Numbered from the stretch's first letter, positions 35,167 through 44,408 are shown. The stretch is 64,000 nucleotides of DNA from Bacilli bacterium (GCA_022647725.1 JALCLG010000001.1:66931-130930); one strand, 5' to 3'. A program made the numbers and translations. Notes: generated by a model from the letters alone, not told the origin.

Positions 35167-37182
35167 CTAATTGGCATCCTCATCGACCGTCTTCGTCGTC
35201 GCCTCTTCCAGATAATCGGCCAGAATCGCCTTCAGCTTCGTCTTGACCTGGTCGACCGTCAGGTCGGCTAAGGTCGCACCGGAAGCGGAGAACTTTCCGC
35301 CGCCGCCTAACTTCTGCATCAGCATCTGCACATTGACCGTTCCGTCGCCGCGGGCCGAGACGCCGATGGCATGCTCGGAGGTTCTCCCGATGCTGAAGCA
35401 AGAGGAGATGCCACGGATGCTGACGGCTTCCTGCGACACGGTCGCTAAGACCGTCTGCTGAACAATCTCATCCTCGGGCGACGTGCAGAGAAGACAGCCA
35501 TAATACGGGGTTTCGGAGTTGTTGAGAATGGCAATCTTCTGCCGGTAATCCTCGAGGTTCTCCTTGAGGAAGTCATCGACCTTGCTGCTGTCGGCATTGA
35601 AGTTCTTCAGCGCCGAGCAGGCTTCAAACGTACCCATATCCGTCTTGACGTGGAAGAACTGGGTATCCAGGGCTATGCCGGCGAGAAGGAACGTAGCTGT
35701 CCTAGGATCGACCTTGATGGCTTCCAGCGAATAGAGAATGTAGGACGTCAGCAGTTCGCTGGTGCTGGAAGAGGCGGAATCGATGCCGTTGAAGACCGGA
35801 TTGACGACCGTCTTCTTGTCTTCCGGACGGTGATGATCCACGACGGCAATCGACATCATCTTCTTGGTGATCTCCGGGAACATCGAGCTCATGGGATTGT
35901 TGTGATCGACCATCACGAGAAGCGTATCCTTGCTGATCCATTCGGAAACGGACTTGTAATCGATAAAGATGGAGGCCATGTCCTCTTCGGAATACTGCGA
36001 CTGAACGGCAATACGGCACTTGTTCTCAACATGCTGGTCTTCCCAGCAGATTCTGGCTGGAACCCCGACATGCTGACAAAGCAGATAGACGCCTAAGGCT
36101 GAACCGATGGCATCGAAGTCGGCATTGTCATGGCCCATGATCAGGACCTTGGGATAATGTCTGAGAATCGTGAGGAAGGAGTTGGAAATGGTGCGCATCT
36201 TGACCTTGTTGCGGGCCGGTTTCATCTCGCTCTTGCCGCCGATATAGACCAGGGCCTGGCCAAAGGGAGAGATGACTGTCTGATCACCGCCGCGGGACAG
36301 AGCAACATCGATGGCCGAGGAGGCCAGTTCGCCGAGTTTGGAATAATCATCGAGGTTATACGAGATACCTAACGACAGAGTGAAGCCGTTGGGGAAAGCA
36401 TTGCGGACTTCATCGACAATCGGGAATTTGTCCCGCTCGAGGTTTTCAAAGTTTTCCTGGGTCGTGATGAAGAAATAACGGTCATCCCGAAGCTTGCGAA
36501 GCATTGCTTTATAGGTAACGGAGAATTCCTGAATCATGGCAGCCAGCCGGCTAGCCATATCACCGAACTTGGCTTCATCGGAAACCGACATCTGCACATC
36601 GGAATAGTTATCGACGGCAATATAGCCGACCACCGGCTTCTCTTTGGTCGTGGTCGTGATGATGTTCTCGTAGTTGGTGACATCCTTGAAGAGATAAAGG
36701 CCGACATCCCGGAGAACTTCGACTTCATAGGACTTGGTCTCAAAATTGAAGTTGATGGAGCTCTTGTTGCTGTTAGGATTGACAATCTCGGCTAAGCCGG
36801 GGAAGACATCCAGCAGCTTCTTATCGACGATATCCGGGCAACGCTGGGAAAGGAAGTCGTTGATCCAAAGAATCTCGTTATCCTTGTTGACGACCGCCAT
36901 ACCGATCTGACCGAACTGATACGCTTCGTTAAGCTGCCGGCCGATGATCTCGGCACTGGTCTGCTCCGTACGGGCCTTGGCCCGGTAGACTTTCATGTTG
37001 AAGACAATCGCCAGGATGAAATCATAAAGCAGAATGACCGCCAGCAGTCCTAAGGCAATGTAGAAAAAGCCCTCATAGGAGGGATAGAAGAAATACAGGA
37101 TGCCTAAGCCCGTCAGCAAGAGGGTCTCAATGAAGAGGGAATAGCTCAGCCAACGGCGCTGAAGACGAAGAAGTTTATTCAT
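35167..37182 (-). CDS. gdpP: GdpP/YybT-type DHH-DHHA1 phosphodiesterase (c-di-AMP PDE family)
   Basis: 671 aa. Two N-terminal TM helices, a PAS-like and a degenerate GGDEF-like region, DHH motif (MGHDNADFDAIGS), DHHA1 GGGG loop. Confidence 0.85.
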   Translation of the reverse strand: MNKLLRLQRRWLSYSLFIETLLLTGLGILYFFYPSYEGFFYIALGLLAVILLYDFILAIVFNMKVYRAKARTEQTSAEIIGRQLNEAYQFGQIGMAVVNKDNEILWINDFLSQRCPDIVDKKLLDVFPGLAEIVNPNSNKSSINFNFETKSYEVEVLRDVGLYLFKDVTNYENIITTTTKEKPVVGYIAVDNYSDVQMSVSDEAKFGDMASRLAAMIQEFSVTYKAMLRKLRDDRYFFITTQENFENLERDKFPIVDEVRNAFPNGFTLSLGISYNLDDYSKLGELASSAIDVALSRGGDQTVISPFGQALVYIGGKSEMKPARNKVKMRTISNSFLTILRHYPKVLIMGHDNADFDAIGSALGVYLLCQHVGVPARICWEDQHVENKCRIAVQSQYSEEDMASIFIDYKSVSEWISKDTLLVMVDHNNPMSSMFPEITKKMMSIAVVDHHRPEDKKTVVNPVFNGIDSASSSTSELLTSYILYSLEAIKVDPRTATFLLAGIALDTQFFHVKTDMGTFEACSALKNFNADSSKVDDFLKENLEDYRQKIAILNNSETPYYGCLLCTSPEDEIVQQTVLATVSQEAVSIRGISSCFSIGRTSEHAIGVSARGDGTVNVQMLMQKLGGGGKFSASGATLADLTVDQVKTKLKAILADYLEEATTKTVDEDAN

Positions 37183-37266
37183 GGACAGGATTGCCTCCGA
37201 TAACTCAAAAAAGAAAGTAAAGAAGTAACTTACTAATTATAAATGAAAACCTATCCTTTTGAAAGT

Positions 37267-37905
37267 CTAACCTTGGATGGATTGATCCCCCGTATGACCG
37301 TTATCCATCAGAATCAGGCCTTCCACCTGCTTCGGATGCAAGGAAAGGATGGCGTCATAGCTGGATTTCAGTGTAGCTCCAGAGGTAAAGACATCGTCAA
37401 AAAGAACGACTTTTTTCCCCTCTAAAGATGGAGTAGCCGGGATCACGCTGATTGCTTTCGGCGCATTCCGCCTCGAACCAGAAAGCCACTTCTGTTCTTC
37501 CTGGTTTCCTTTAGAGAGGCAGGCCGTAAAAGGAAGATGCGAGGCAGAAAGCATGAGGTCGAGGTGGGCAAACCCCCGCTTCTTCACCCGGTCCGGACTC
37601 GAGGGCAGCGGAATGAAGAGACGGCCCGGAAACCGAAGCCGTATCAAGGGTAAGAACGTTGCCAGGAAACAGGGGGCAAGAACGACATCGCCGTACTCTT
37701 TGAAATTCATCAGCCACGTCTTGAATATTCCGTCGTAACTTGAAAGGAACAAGGTCTTGAAACCGAATGTATTCCGTTCTTCCAACTTGATGATTATTTT
37801 TGAAAGGCAATCGTCACAAAGCAAGGGCGTTCCTTCCAGGATTTCCCGGATGGGACTCGGGGTGAAAGGCTGACAGCAGCTCAGGCAGACATAGGAGGAT
37901 TTCAT
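37267..37905 (-). CDS. comFC: ComF-family phosphoribosyltransferase-like protein
   Basis: 212 aa. N-terminal Cys4 (CLSCC...CDDC) and PRTase loop VVLFDDVFTSGAT. Confidence 0.85.
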   Translation of the reverse strand: MKSSYVCLSCCQPFTPSPIREILEGTPLLCDDCLSKIIIKLEERNTFGFKTLFLSSYDGIFKTWLMNFKEYGDVVLAPCFLATFLPLIRLRFPGRLFIPLPSSPDRVKKRGFAHLDLMLSASHLPFTACLSKGNQEEQKWLSGSRRNAPKAISVIPATPSLEGKKVVLFDDVFTSGATLKSSYDAILSLHPKQVEGLILMDNGHTGDQSIQG

Positions 37906-39053
37906 AGGCCGGCCTTCTGGTTATAGTCCTGAATCGACTGGATGGCTTCCTTAATGGTCTCATTCTCTTCCTGAGCCATCAGGAGAACCTGACCGCCGGT
38001 GGCTCCCAGTTTCCGTCCCACCCGGCCGGAGATCTGCACCAAACTGGCTGCCGTATAGAGGTCATGGTCTGCCTGATAGACGATCACCTGCAGATCCTTG
38101 ACCGTCACCCCGCGTTCGAGAATCGAGGTCGTCACCAGATAGGAGAAGCCCTGCTCCTTGAAACGGGCAATGTCCACCTTCCGCTCCTCTTCCTCGGAGG
38201 AGACGAAGCGGCCGTCGGTGAAAAAGAGATGGAGGAAACGATACAGTTCCTTGCCTAAGGCGATGGTCGGGGTAAAAATGAAAACCGGTTTGCCTGCCTT
38301 TCTGAACTGACGCAAAGCCCACAGGACTTTGGCATATCCGGTCAGAGGATTGATGGGGACATACTCCGGGACCGGCAAGGGCTGGTGATGGTAGCGTTCA
38401 AAAAGTTCCACAACCTCGCCATTATCCCTTTTGATGGCGGCCAAGTCCTGCCGGGAGGGTGTGGCCGATAAAAGCACATAGTGGCCGCGGACGCTGTGAC
38501 GGAAGAAGGTCTGAAGCATCTCATTGTCCCGGAAAGGAAAAGCATCGATTTCATCAAGGACCAGCAAATCAAAGTACTCTTCATAGCGGTAGAGTTGATG
38601 GGTAGTCAGGACGATGATGTCTCCTTCCAGCAAAGCGTTATGTTCACCATAGACCGCGATGGTCTTTGCCTGGGGAAAGGCTTGCTGAATCCGAGGGAGC
38701 AGATCGATAACAACATCCTTCCGTGGGGTGGCAAAGCCAACATGTCCGCCCTTTTGGAGGTAGGTTTCCATGGCCGCATAGACGAGCTCCGTCTTGCCGG
38801 CTCCGGTCACGGCGTGAATCAGAACATTATGACCCGTTGCCAAGAGGTGGAGAACGGCTTGGGAGACTTCCTGTTGCTTGGGACTCAAGGGATAATCCAG
38901 CACCAGACGGATGCCGGCTTTGACCGGATAGCCCTTGTCAGCGTTCTTGCCGGCAAAGGAAAGACATTTCCGGCAATAGGGACGTCCTTGGCGGTACCCG
39001 ACATAGCGGGGATCTTTGTTTCCGCAGCGCGGACAGACAAAAGGGATAGTCAT
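37902..39053 (-). CDS. comFA: ComFA-like DEAD/DEAH-box helicase
   Basis: Start at MTIPFVCPRCGN (ATG 39053). Zn finger, Walker A AVTGAGKTE, DEID box LVLDEIDAF. Confidence 0.85.
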   Translation of the reverse strand: MTIPFVCPRCGNKDPRYVGYRQGRPYCRKCLSFAGKNADKGYPVKAGIRLVLDYPLSPKQQEVSQAVLHLLATGHNVLIHAVTGAGKTELVYAAMETYLQKGGHVGFATPRKDVVIDLLPRIQQAFPQAKTIAVYGEHNALLEGDIIVLTTHQLYRYEEYFDLLVLDEIDAFPFRDNEMLQTFFRHSVRGHYVLLSATPSRQDLAAIKRDNGEVVELFERYHHQPLPVPEYVPINPLTGYAKVLWALRQFRKAGKPVFIFTPTIALGKELYRFLHLFFTDGRFVSSEEEERKVDIARFKEQGFSYLVTTSILERGVTVKDLQVIVYQADHDLYTAASLVQISGRVGRKLGATGGQVLLMAQEENETIKEAIQSIQDYNQKAGL

Positions 39054-39087
39054 CTCACCTAGTATTAGGAAAAAGAAAGGCTTTTGT

Positions 39088-39834
39088 TCAGTAATCGAAG
39101 CGGACGGCAAAGGAAAGGCTTTGGTCCGACTTATAACCCATGAAGACAGAAGAACCCGGTTGGTCCTTGCGGAAGATCCGCAAGGTTTCGCCCAGCCGGC
39201 ATTCCTTCTCATAATTGATTTCCAGTGAACGGATTAGCTGTGTCAAACCTTCTTCCTGAACCAACCGCAGATAGACTGTATTATTCATATGGTTGTTGCT
39301 ATCCAGATCATCCGCGGTGACGATATGATCCTGATAGGGAAGACCGGCAGTACTTGGTAAATCCAGCTTTTCCAGCCGTTCCGTGAAGAGCGGCGACAGG
39401 ACTTGCCCCTGAAAATAGCTGTCCTGCTTGGCTTTGGCCTCGGTGGTCAAGGCCAGTCTCCGGGAATCAAAGTCAATCAGCACCCACAGCGAATGAAGGC
39501 GCAGCACTTCCTTGCCTTGGTCGTCCAAGACATAGGCTTCCCGGTACATTTCCAGTTTCCCTGGTTCCAGAGGATAGGTAAAGAGAGTATAGAGTTTGCC
39601 GGTCACCATCTTCGCTAAGAAGATGAGCTTCTCCCGGCAAAGCACAAAAGCCCGGCGGCGCAGGACACGGAAATAGCTGTCTCCCAGACCGAAGAGGGTG
39701 ACATGGGCTGTGGCAGCTTGCTGGAAAGAGAGAAGGATATCGCTGAGCCAGGGATTGCCTTGGGCATCCGTCTTTTCCAGTTTAAAGGATAACGGATATC
39801 GAAGAATCGGCTGAGCTGAGGTTGCATCGCTCAT
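39088..39834 (-). CDS. acyl-ACP thioesterase
   Basis: 248 aa double hot-dog pattern. DLDSNNHMNNTVYLRL catalytic block. Confidence 0.75.
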   Translation of the reverse strand: MSDATSAQPILRYPLSFKLEKTDAQGNPWLSDILLSFQQAATAHVTLFGLGDSYFRVLRRRAFVLCREKLIFLAKMVTGKLYTLFTYPLEPGKLEMYREAYVLDDQGKEVLRLHSLWVLIDFDSRRLALTTEAKAKQDSYFQGQVLSPLFTERLEKLDLPSTAGLPYQDHIVTADDLDSNNHMNNTVYLRLVQEEGLTQLIRSLEINYEKECRLGETLRIFRKDQPGSSVFMGYKSDQSLSFAVRFDY

Positions 39835-40577
39835 AAGGCTTCCCCTTTCTGAAAGCAGGCCAGCAGTTCGTCATAGGAGGCCACTTCCTGATGTTGGACA
39901 CATTTCTGTAACAGCTGATCCTGAGGATTGGTAAGACTCAGTTTCTTCCAGTTGAGCCAGAAAGCCTTGCCAAAGCCCGCCTGCGAGGCACCGTTGATAT
40001 CCTGAAAGAAGGAATCTCCGATATAGACACAATGATGAATGTCTTTGCCGGAAAGAGCGACACCAGCCTGGAAGAACAACGGATTGGGTTTCTTGACACC
40101 GACATCGGCAGAACCAAAGTAATAACCAAAGGAATGATGAGGATAGAGAGACCTTACCAGATCCAAGGATTCCTCCTCACCATAGAGGGTATTGGAAAGG
40201 ATGGCATAAAAGCAGGATGACCGGTCAAGATAAGTGAGGAAGGCATCGGCACCCGGTAAAGGTTTAGGATCCAGTCCGGAAAGAATCTCCCGGGCACACT
40301 CCGGAAGAGAACAGTCCAAGTCAATATGGAAGAGACGGGTCAGCAAGGTCAGATACTGAACGGCATTGATCTCATAAAGGGAGCGGGAACGATAATAGCC
40401 ATGAAGAAAGTCTTCACTGCAGCTATCGACCTTGGCCCAGTCAATCGAATTGGACTTCAGAGCGTGACGCTTAAGAGGTAGGGTGTTCCAGTCGGGGCTT
40501 TTCTTCTGAAAGACAAGCAAGGTATCCCAGCAGTCGAAGAAGACAGCTTCCGGAAAATGATTCATTTCTGTTTTCAT
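39831..40577 (-). CDS. HAD-superfamily hydrolase, paralog of 246-983
   Basis: 248 aa. FFDCWDT, LSNT, VKKPNP, YIGDSFFQDI. The start may instead be the MNHFPE codon at 40565. Confidence 0.8.
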   Translation of the reverse strand: MKTEMNHFPEAVFFDCWDTLLVFQKKSPDWNTLPLKRHALKSNSIDWAKVDSCSEDFLHGYYRSRSLYEINAVQYLTLLTRLFHIDLDCSLPECAREILSGLDPKPLPGADAFLTYLDRSSCFYAILSNTLYGEEESLDLVRSLYPHHSFGYYFGSADVGVKKPNPLFFQAGVALSGKDIHHCVYIGDSFFQDINGASQAGFGKAFWLNWKKLSLTNPQDQLLQKCVQHQEVASYDELLACFQKGEAL

Positions 40578-40586
40578 ATCGGAATA

Positions 40587-40614
40587 ATTTTAGCATACTC
40601 CGATTTTTTGCCAA
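40587..40614 (-). promoter_or_regulatory. promoter abutting the HAD start codon (leaderless-type)
   Basis: Minus strand TTGGCA (40614-40609), 16-nt spacer, TGcTAAAAT (-10 at 40592-40587). Only 9 nt lie between the -10 and ATG 40577, with no SD. Confidence 0.5.
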
Positions 40615-40788
40615 CTGTTTTTTTAAAAAACTAAACAAATTTGCTGGAATTGGCTAAAAGCAACTTTGTCCATTACCTATTATCCCAAAAGTTTTTTGTC
40701 GTTTTCCCGTTGCTTTTAAAAAGAAAATAAGTTAGGATAAATATGCTGTTAAGCGTTGCTAATTAAATTCTATTGAATAGCACACAAG

Positions 40789-40826
40789 AAAAACCCACTC
40801 GATTATTCATTAACGGGTGGGTTTTT
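40789..40826. terminator. orphan bidirectional hairpin in a 400-nt AT-rich intergenic region
   Basis: ACCCACTCG-n12-CGGGTGGGT (9 bp, one G.U pair), flanked by A5 and T5. No annotated gene ends at it on either strand. Confidence 0.4.
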
Positions 40827-40911
40827 CTAATGTTTTCAAAAACGGCTGACATCTTGACAATCATCAAAGTTGTTTCTTGAAAAAATATATAAAAAATAAA
40901 GTAAATCTATC

Positions 40912-40941
40912 TTGTATATTGCTTAGAAATCGTGATATATT
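40912..40941 (+). promoter_or_regulatory. candidate promoter of the PEAK-repeat membrane protein gene
   Basis: TTGTAT, 18-nt spacer, TGaTATATT extended -10. About 55 nt upstream of ATG 40999. Confidence 0.4.
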
Positions 40942-40998
40942 AGTTTCAAATACCTTCCTGACCTCTTTTGTTTTTTGCCAAAAGGAGACAAATCAATT

Positions 40999-43317
40999 AT
41001 GAATGAGAAGAAAGAAAAGATGAAGACGGAAGAGCCCGGACGAGGTGCTGTCACTTTCCGGATTCTCTTCATTGTGCTTTGGGTCCTGGCCATTGCTTTT
41101 GGAATCGCGATGTTCTTCTTGCCTCGCTATTCCTCGAGAATCGGTGCCAGCGGATTCACACAGTTCTGTGCCAATGTTGCCACCAGTGTTTCTTCTCATC
41201 TTCATACTTTATTCCTCTTTAATACAACTTTTCGGTCTCGCAGTGTCCACCAGACCGGAGCTCTGGAGTTTGCCTGCCTGGTTCTCGTGGCAATCATGCT
41301 GATTTACTTTATCTTCAAACCGGTCGTCCTTATGGGTTATGTCAAACGGGCTCATAAGAAGAACCTGAAGCTTCGCAACACTTTCTTCTCTATCATGATT
41401 GCTCTCAACGTGCTGATCGTTGCGGTCGGTCTCCTGATTTGTTTCCGCAACTATGTTGCCGCTGTCGGCGGTCCGCTCTTCAAAGCCTATAAGGGTGCTG
41501 TGGATGGAATCATCGGCTTTGCCAAAGGCCATGCCCGCATCCACTTCCTCTTCACCTTCGGCAACCGTTTATCTGACTATGCCTCTGCCTTTGCTTGGTT
41601 AGCTGTGGCTGTCTTAGTCTTCAACATCCTTTGCGATTGCCTGATTGCCCTTTGCGGCAAGCGGGAAAGTGCCGCAGTTGCTGCTGCTCCGGAAGCCAAC
41701 AAAGCCGAAGAAGAGAAGGCACCGGTGGCTCAGGCTGCCGAAGCCAGTGCTGCTGCTGTCTTAGTCGAGGCAGTCAATCAGGCTCCGTTAGCCAGTGAAG
41801 AGAAGCCTGCCGCTGAAGTTCCTCCGGTCAAAGAAGCTGTTCCGGCTGGCGAGAAGTTGGTCCCGACCCGTCGGGATATGGCCATTCTCGATACCTTGGA
41901 ACCGTTCGATATCCAGTCTTTGGATGTCTTACCGGGTCTCTATGAAACCAATGTCGATCAGGTCATTGAAGACCTGGAGCCTTCGACGCTGAAGGAAGCT
42001 GAGATTCCTGAAGCCAGCGAGACTGAGAAGAATGCTCTGAAAGAGCCGGTCCCGTCCACACCGGTGAAGGTCTTGCCAGGCGTCGATGAAACCAATGCCA
42101 ATCCGTGGAATGAAGAAAAGCAGGTCAAGGCCGAAGAAGAAAAGCCGGTCCTGGCCCAAAAGGAAGAGACTCCTAAGGAAGATCTGACCGCTCAGGCCAA
42201 ACCTGCCGAAACTGAGAAGCAGGTCGTCACCGAAGCCAAGCCGGCCGAAACCAAACCGGCAGAGAAGCCGGCTGAGAAACCGGTTGAAGAGGCCAAACCT
42301 GCCGAGGAGAAGAAGCGTCCTTGGATTGCCATCAACGATCTGCCAAAGGATGATAAGCGTCCTCAGGAAGAAGATCATCCTGTCACTCAGGAAGCCAAGT
42401 CCGATGGCAAGCAGAAGGCTTATGCCAACAACAATGACCACAATGAAATTGTGACGAAACCGACAACGGTTACCAATGATTGGAAGCTTCCGGAGTATAA
42501 GGAGGAAGCTAAGCCAGTCGAAGCTCCTAAGCCTGTCGAAGAAGCCAAGCCAGTCGAGAAACCGGCTGAGAAACCTGCTGTCAAGCCGATGGCTCCGTTT
42601 GCTCCGATTCACAAACCGGAAGGTAATCGTCCGACAGGTCCCATCAATTTGGTCAATCCGATGAAGCATGAAGAAGCCAAGCCGGCCGAGGAAGAAAAGA
42701 AGACCATTGCTCCAATCAAAGGACCGATGCATTCCATCAACACCAACAAGAAAGACATCAAACCGGTTGAAGCCCGTCACGTCAAATTCGATCTGAAGCG
42801 TTACCAAGTCAAGACCTACAGTGGCAACCTCACGCCTGAGGAAGCCTTCAGCAAGGGTGTCACAAAGGTTCAGCCGCTGGTTACGCCGGTCATCGGCGGC
42901 AACCAGGGCGATGCCTCTTCCTGGAAGGCCAAGCGCCGTCAGGAAGATCTCCGTGCCAATGGTTACGAGAATGTGACGACGGTCGAAACCTTGACGCCTG
43001 TCAAGCCGCAAGCCAAGACCAACGATGCCACTGCCAATGCGACGTCGTTACGTGATCTGGCTAAGGCCAATAAGGCTAAGGAAGAAGCCGCTCCGGCCGA
43101 GACTCCTGCCACGCCGGAAGCTCCGAAGCCGATCCGTCCTATTGCTCCGGTCCAGCCGGTCAACAACGAGACAAAGCCTGCCGCTGCCAAACCTGCCGAG
43201 GAGAAGAAGCCGGAACCTGTCAAACCGATGGCGCTCAATCCGGTCAATCGTCCTGCTCCGGCTAACAAGCCTAAGCCGATTGCCCCTATCAAGCCCGTCA
43301 CTCCGGTCAAGAAGTAA
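40999..43317 (+). CDS. membrane-anchored protein with a long Pro/Glu/Ala/Lys-rich repetitive tail
   Basis: ATG 40999 with AAAGGAG SD. About 6 hydrophobic spans in the first ~230 aa. The next ~540 aa are low-complexity with AKPAE/KPVE repeats. Confidence 0.8.
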   Translation: MNEKKEKMKTEEPGRGAVTFRILFIVLWVLAIAFGIAMFFLPRYSSRIGASGFTQFCANVATSVSSHLHTLFLFNTTFRSRSVHQTGALEFACLVLVAIMLIYFIFKPVVLMGYVKRAHKKNLKLRNTFFSIMIALNVLIVAVGLLICFRNYVAAVGGPLFKAYKGAVDGIIGFAKGHARIHFLFTFGNRLSDYASAFAWLAVAVLVFNILCDCLIALCGKRESAAVAAAPEANKAEEEKAPVAQAAEASAAAVLVEAVNQAPLASEEKPAAEVPPVKEAVPAGEKLVPTRRDMAILDTLEPFDIQSLDVLPGLYETNVDQVIEDLEPSTLKEAEIPEASETEKNALKEPVPSTPVKVLPGVDETNANPWNEEKQVKAEEEKPVLAQKEETPKEDLTAQAKPAETEKQVVTEAKPAETKPAEKPAEKPVEEAKPAEEKKRPWIAINDLPKDDKRPQEEDHPVTQEAKSDGKQKAYANNNDHNEIVTKPTTVTNDWKLPEYKEEAKPVEAPKPVEEAKPVEKPAEKPAVKPMAPFAPIHKPEGNRPTGPINLVNPMKHEEAKPAEEEKKTIAPIKGPMHSINTNKKDIKPVEARHVKFDLKRYQVKTYSGNLTPEEAFSKGVTKVQPLVTPVIGGNQGDASSWKAKRRQEDLRANGYENVTTVETLTPVKPQAKTNDATANATSLRDLAKANKAKEEAAPAETPATPEAPKPIRPIAPVQPVNNETKPAAAKPAEEKKPEPVKPMALNPVNRPAPANKPKPIAPIKPVTPVKK
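42196..42315 (+). repeat. in-frame tandem KPAE-type coding repeats
   Basis: AKPAETEK...EAKPAETKPAEKPAEKPVEEAKPAEEKK encoded by reiterated aagccggc(n)gag units. Confidence 0.7.
42505..42588 (+). repeat. second block of KPVE/KPAE coding repeats
   Basis: EAKPVEAPKPVEEAKPVEKPAEKPAVKP. Confidence 0.7.
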
Positions 43318-43323
43318 GCCTTA

Positions 43324-43353
43324 AGCGGCACCTTAAAATGGCGCCGCTTTTTC
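43324..43353 (+). terminator. terminator after the repeat-protein gene
   Basis: AGCGGC / GCCGCT stem followed by TTTTTCTTT. Confidence 0.6.
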
Positions 43354-43421
43354 TTTGCCTGGAAATGATAAAAACCTTGAAATCTCCGATGGGCTTTGCT
43401 ACAATACCTAGGCTAGTAAAT

Positions 43422-43498
43422 TGAGGCGTGGTGCAGCTTGGTAGCACGCTTGGTTCGGGACCAAGAGGTCATGGGTTCAAATCCCATCGCTTCAACCA
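43422..43498 (+). tRNA. tRNA-Pro (anticodon CGG), atypical U1-A72 acceptor end
   Basis: 77 nt cloverleaf folded by hand. Acceptor UGAGGCG/CGCUUCA (with G4.U69), D-loop AGCUUGGUA, anticodon loop UUCGGGA, T-loop UUCAAAU, A73, CCA. Confidence 0.85.
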
Positions 43499-43508
43499 GT
43501 GAGAAATG

Positions 43509-43540
43509 ATGACCGGGAAACCGGTCATTTTTCTTTTTCA
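43509..43540 (+). terminator. terminator after tRNA-Pro
   Basis: ATGACCGG-GAAA-CCGGTCAT followed by TTTTCTTTTT. Confidence 0.8.
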
Positions 43541-43545
43541 CCATC

Positions 43546-43568
43546 AAAAAAGGACCCCGAATGGGTCC
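43546..43568 (-). terminator. terminator after cysE
   Basis: GGACCC / GGGTCC stem with T6 on the minus strand, immediately after the cysE stop. Confidence 0.7.
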
Positions 43569-44408
43569 CTATTTTGTCTGCGGAGCGGTCACCTTGTCGA
43601 TGACGCGGATACCCGAATTGCCAAGATACACGATGCTGTCCTTGGGTACACTCGATGTGATGTAGACGTTGGCGCCGACCGTCGTGTTGTCCCCAATCAC
43701 GGTGTCGCCGCCTAAGATGCTGGCAGAGGAATAGATGGTGACGTTGTTGCCGATCGTCGGATGACGTTTCATGCCGACCAGCATTCGTCCCTTGGAAAGG
43801 GACCTCGCGCCTAAAGTCACGCCTTGATAAAGCTTGACGTTGTCGCCGATGAGGGCCGTCTCACCGATGACGATGCCGGTGCCATGGTCGATGAAGAAGT
43901 TCTTGCCGATGGTAGCCCCCGGATTGATGTCGATGCCGGTGGAGCGGTGGGCTTCCTCGGTGACGACCCGACTGACAAAGAGCAGCCCTAAGCCATACAG
44001 GCTATGAGCAATCCGATAATTCAGAATCGCGGCAAAACCCGGATAGCAGGTGACGATTTCTTCCCGGCTCTGAGCTGCCGGATCGCCGTTGAGGATGGCT
44101 TCGATGGTTCCGGAAAGCAGCTGTTTGAGGTTAGGAAGATCATTAAGGAAACTATCGGTCTTGGCCTGGCTTTCCTCAGCCTTGACGTCGGACTGGGCCA
44201 GGATCAGCTCCAATTTGGTCTTGATTTTTGCCAAGAGATCATCCATCATTTCTGTCGTGAAATCAGGGTTAAGATAATCCAAAGTCAGCAGACGTTTTGT
44301 GTCGTTGAGGAAGGAATACACCAAAGAGAGGTCCACCCGGACCGCCTTGGTCGTGTCACGATGGTACTCTTTGAGGAGTGTCTCACGTAAGGATTCGAGG
44401 TCTTTCAT
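43569..44408 (-). CDS. cysE: serine O-acetyltransferase
   Basis: 279 aa. SATase N-terminal helical region plus left-handed beta-helix hexapeptide repeats (IGKNFFIDHGTGIVIGETALIGDNV). Confidence 0.85.
   Translation of the reverse strand: MKDLESLRETLLKEYHRDTTKAVRVDLSLVYSFLNDTKRLLTLDYLNPDFTTEMMDDLLAKIKTKLELILAQSDVKAEESQAKTDSFLNDLPNLKQLLSGTIEAILNGDPAAQSREEIVTCYPGFAAILNYRIAHSLYGLGLLFVSRVVTEEAHRSTGIDINPGATIGKNFFIDHGTGIVIGETALIGDNVKLYQGVTLGARSLSKGRMLVGMKRHPTIGNNVTIYSSASILGGDTVIGDNTTVGANVYITSSVPKDSIVYLGNSGIRVIDKVTAPQTK

Noticed and set aside
38481-39062. 193-aa plus-strand ORF, together with similar 150-190-aa ORFs at 7099-7659, 14077-14577, 17661-18155, 18711-19259, 24913-25398 and 35650-36096.
   Set aside because: All lie fully inside well-supported genes on the other strand. 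They lack ribosome-binding sites and have biased composition, so I treat them as antisense shadows.
41929-43011. 360-aa antisense ORF inside the PEAK-repeat gene.
   Set aside because: It mirrors the sense-strand repeats (R/L/F/G-rich nonsense). There are no start signals, and the sense ORF has an SD, a promoter and TM helices.
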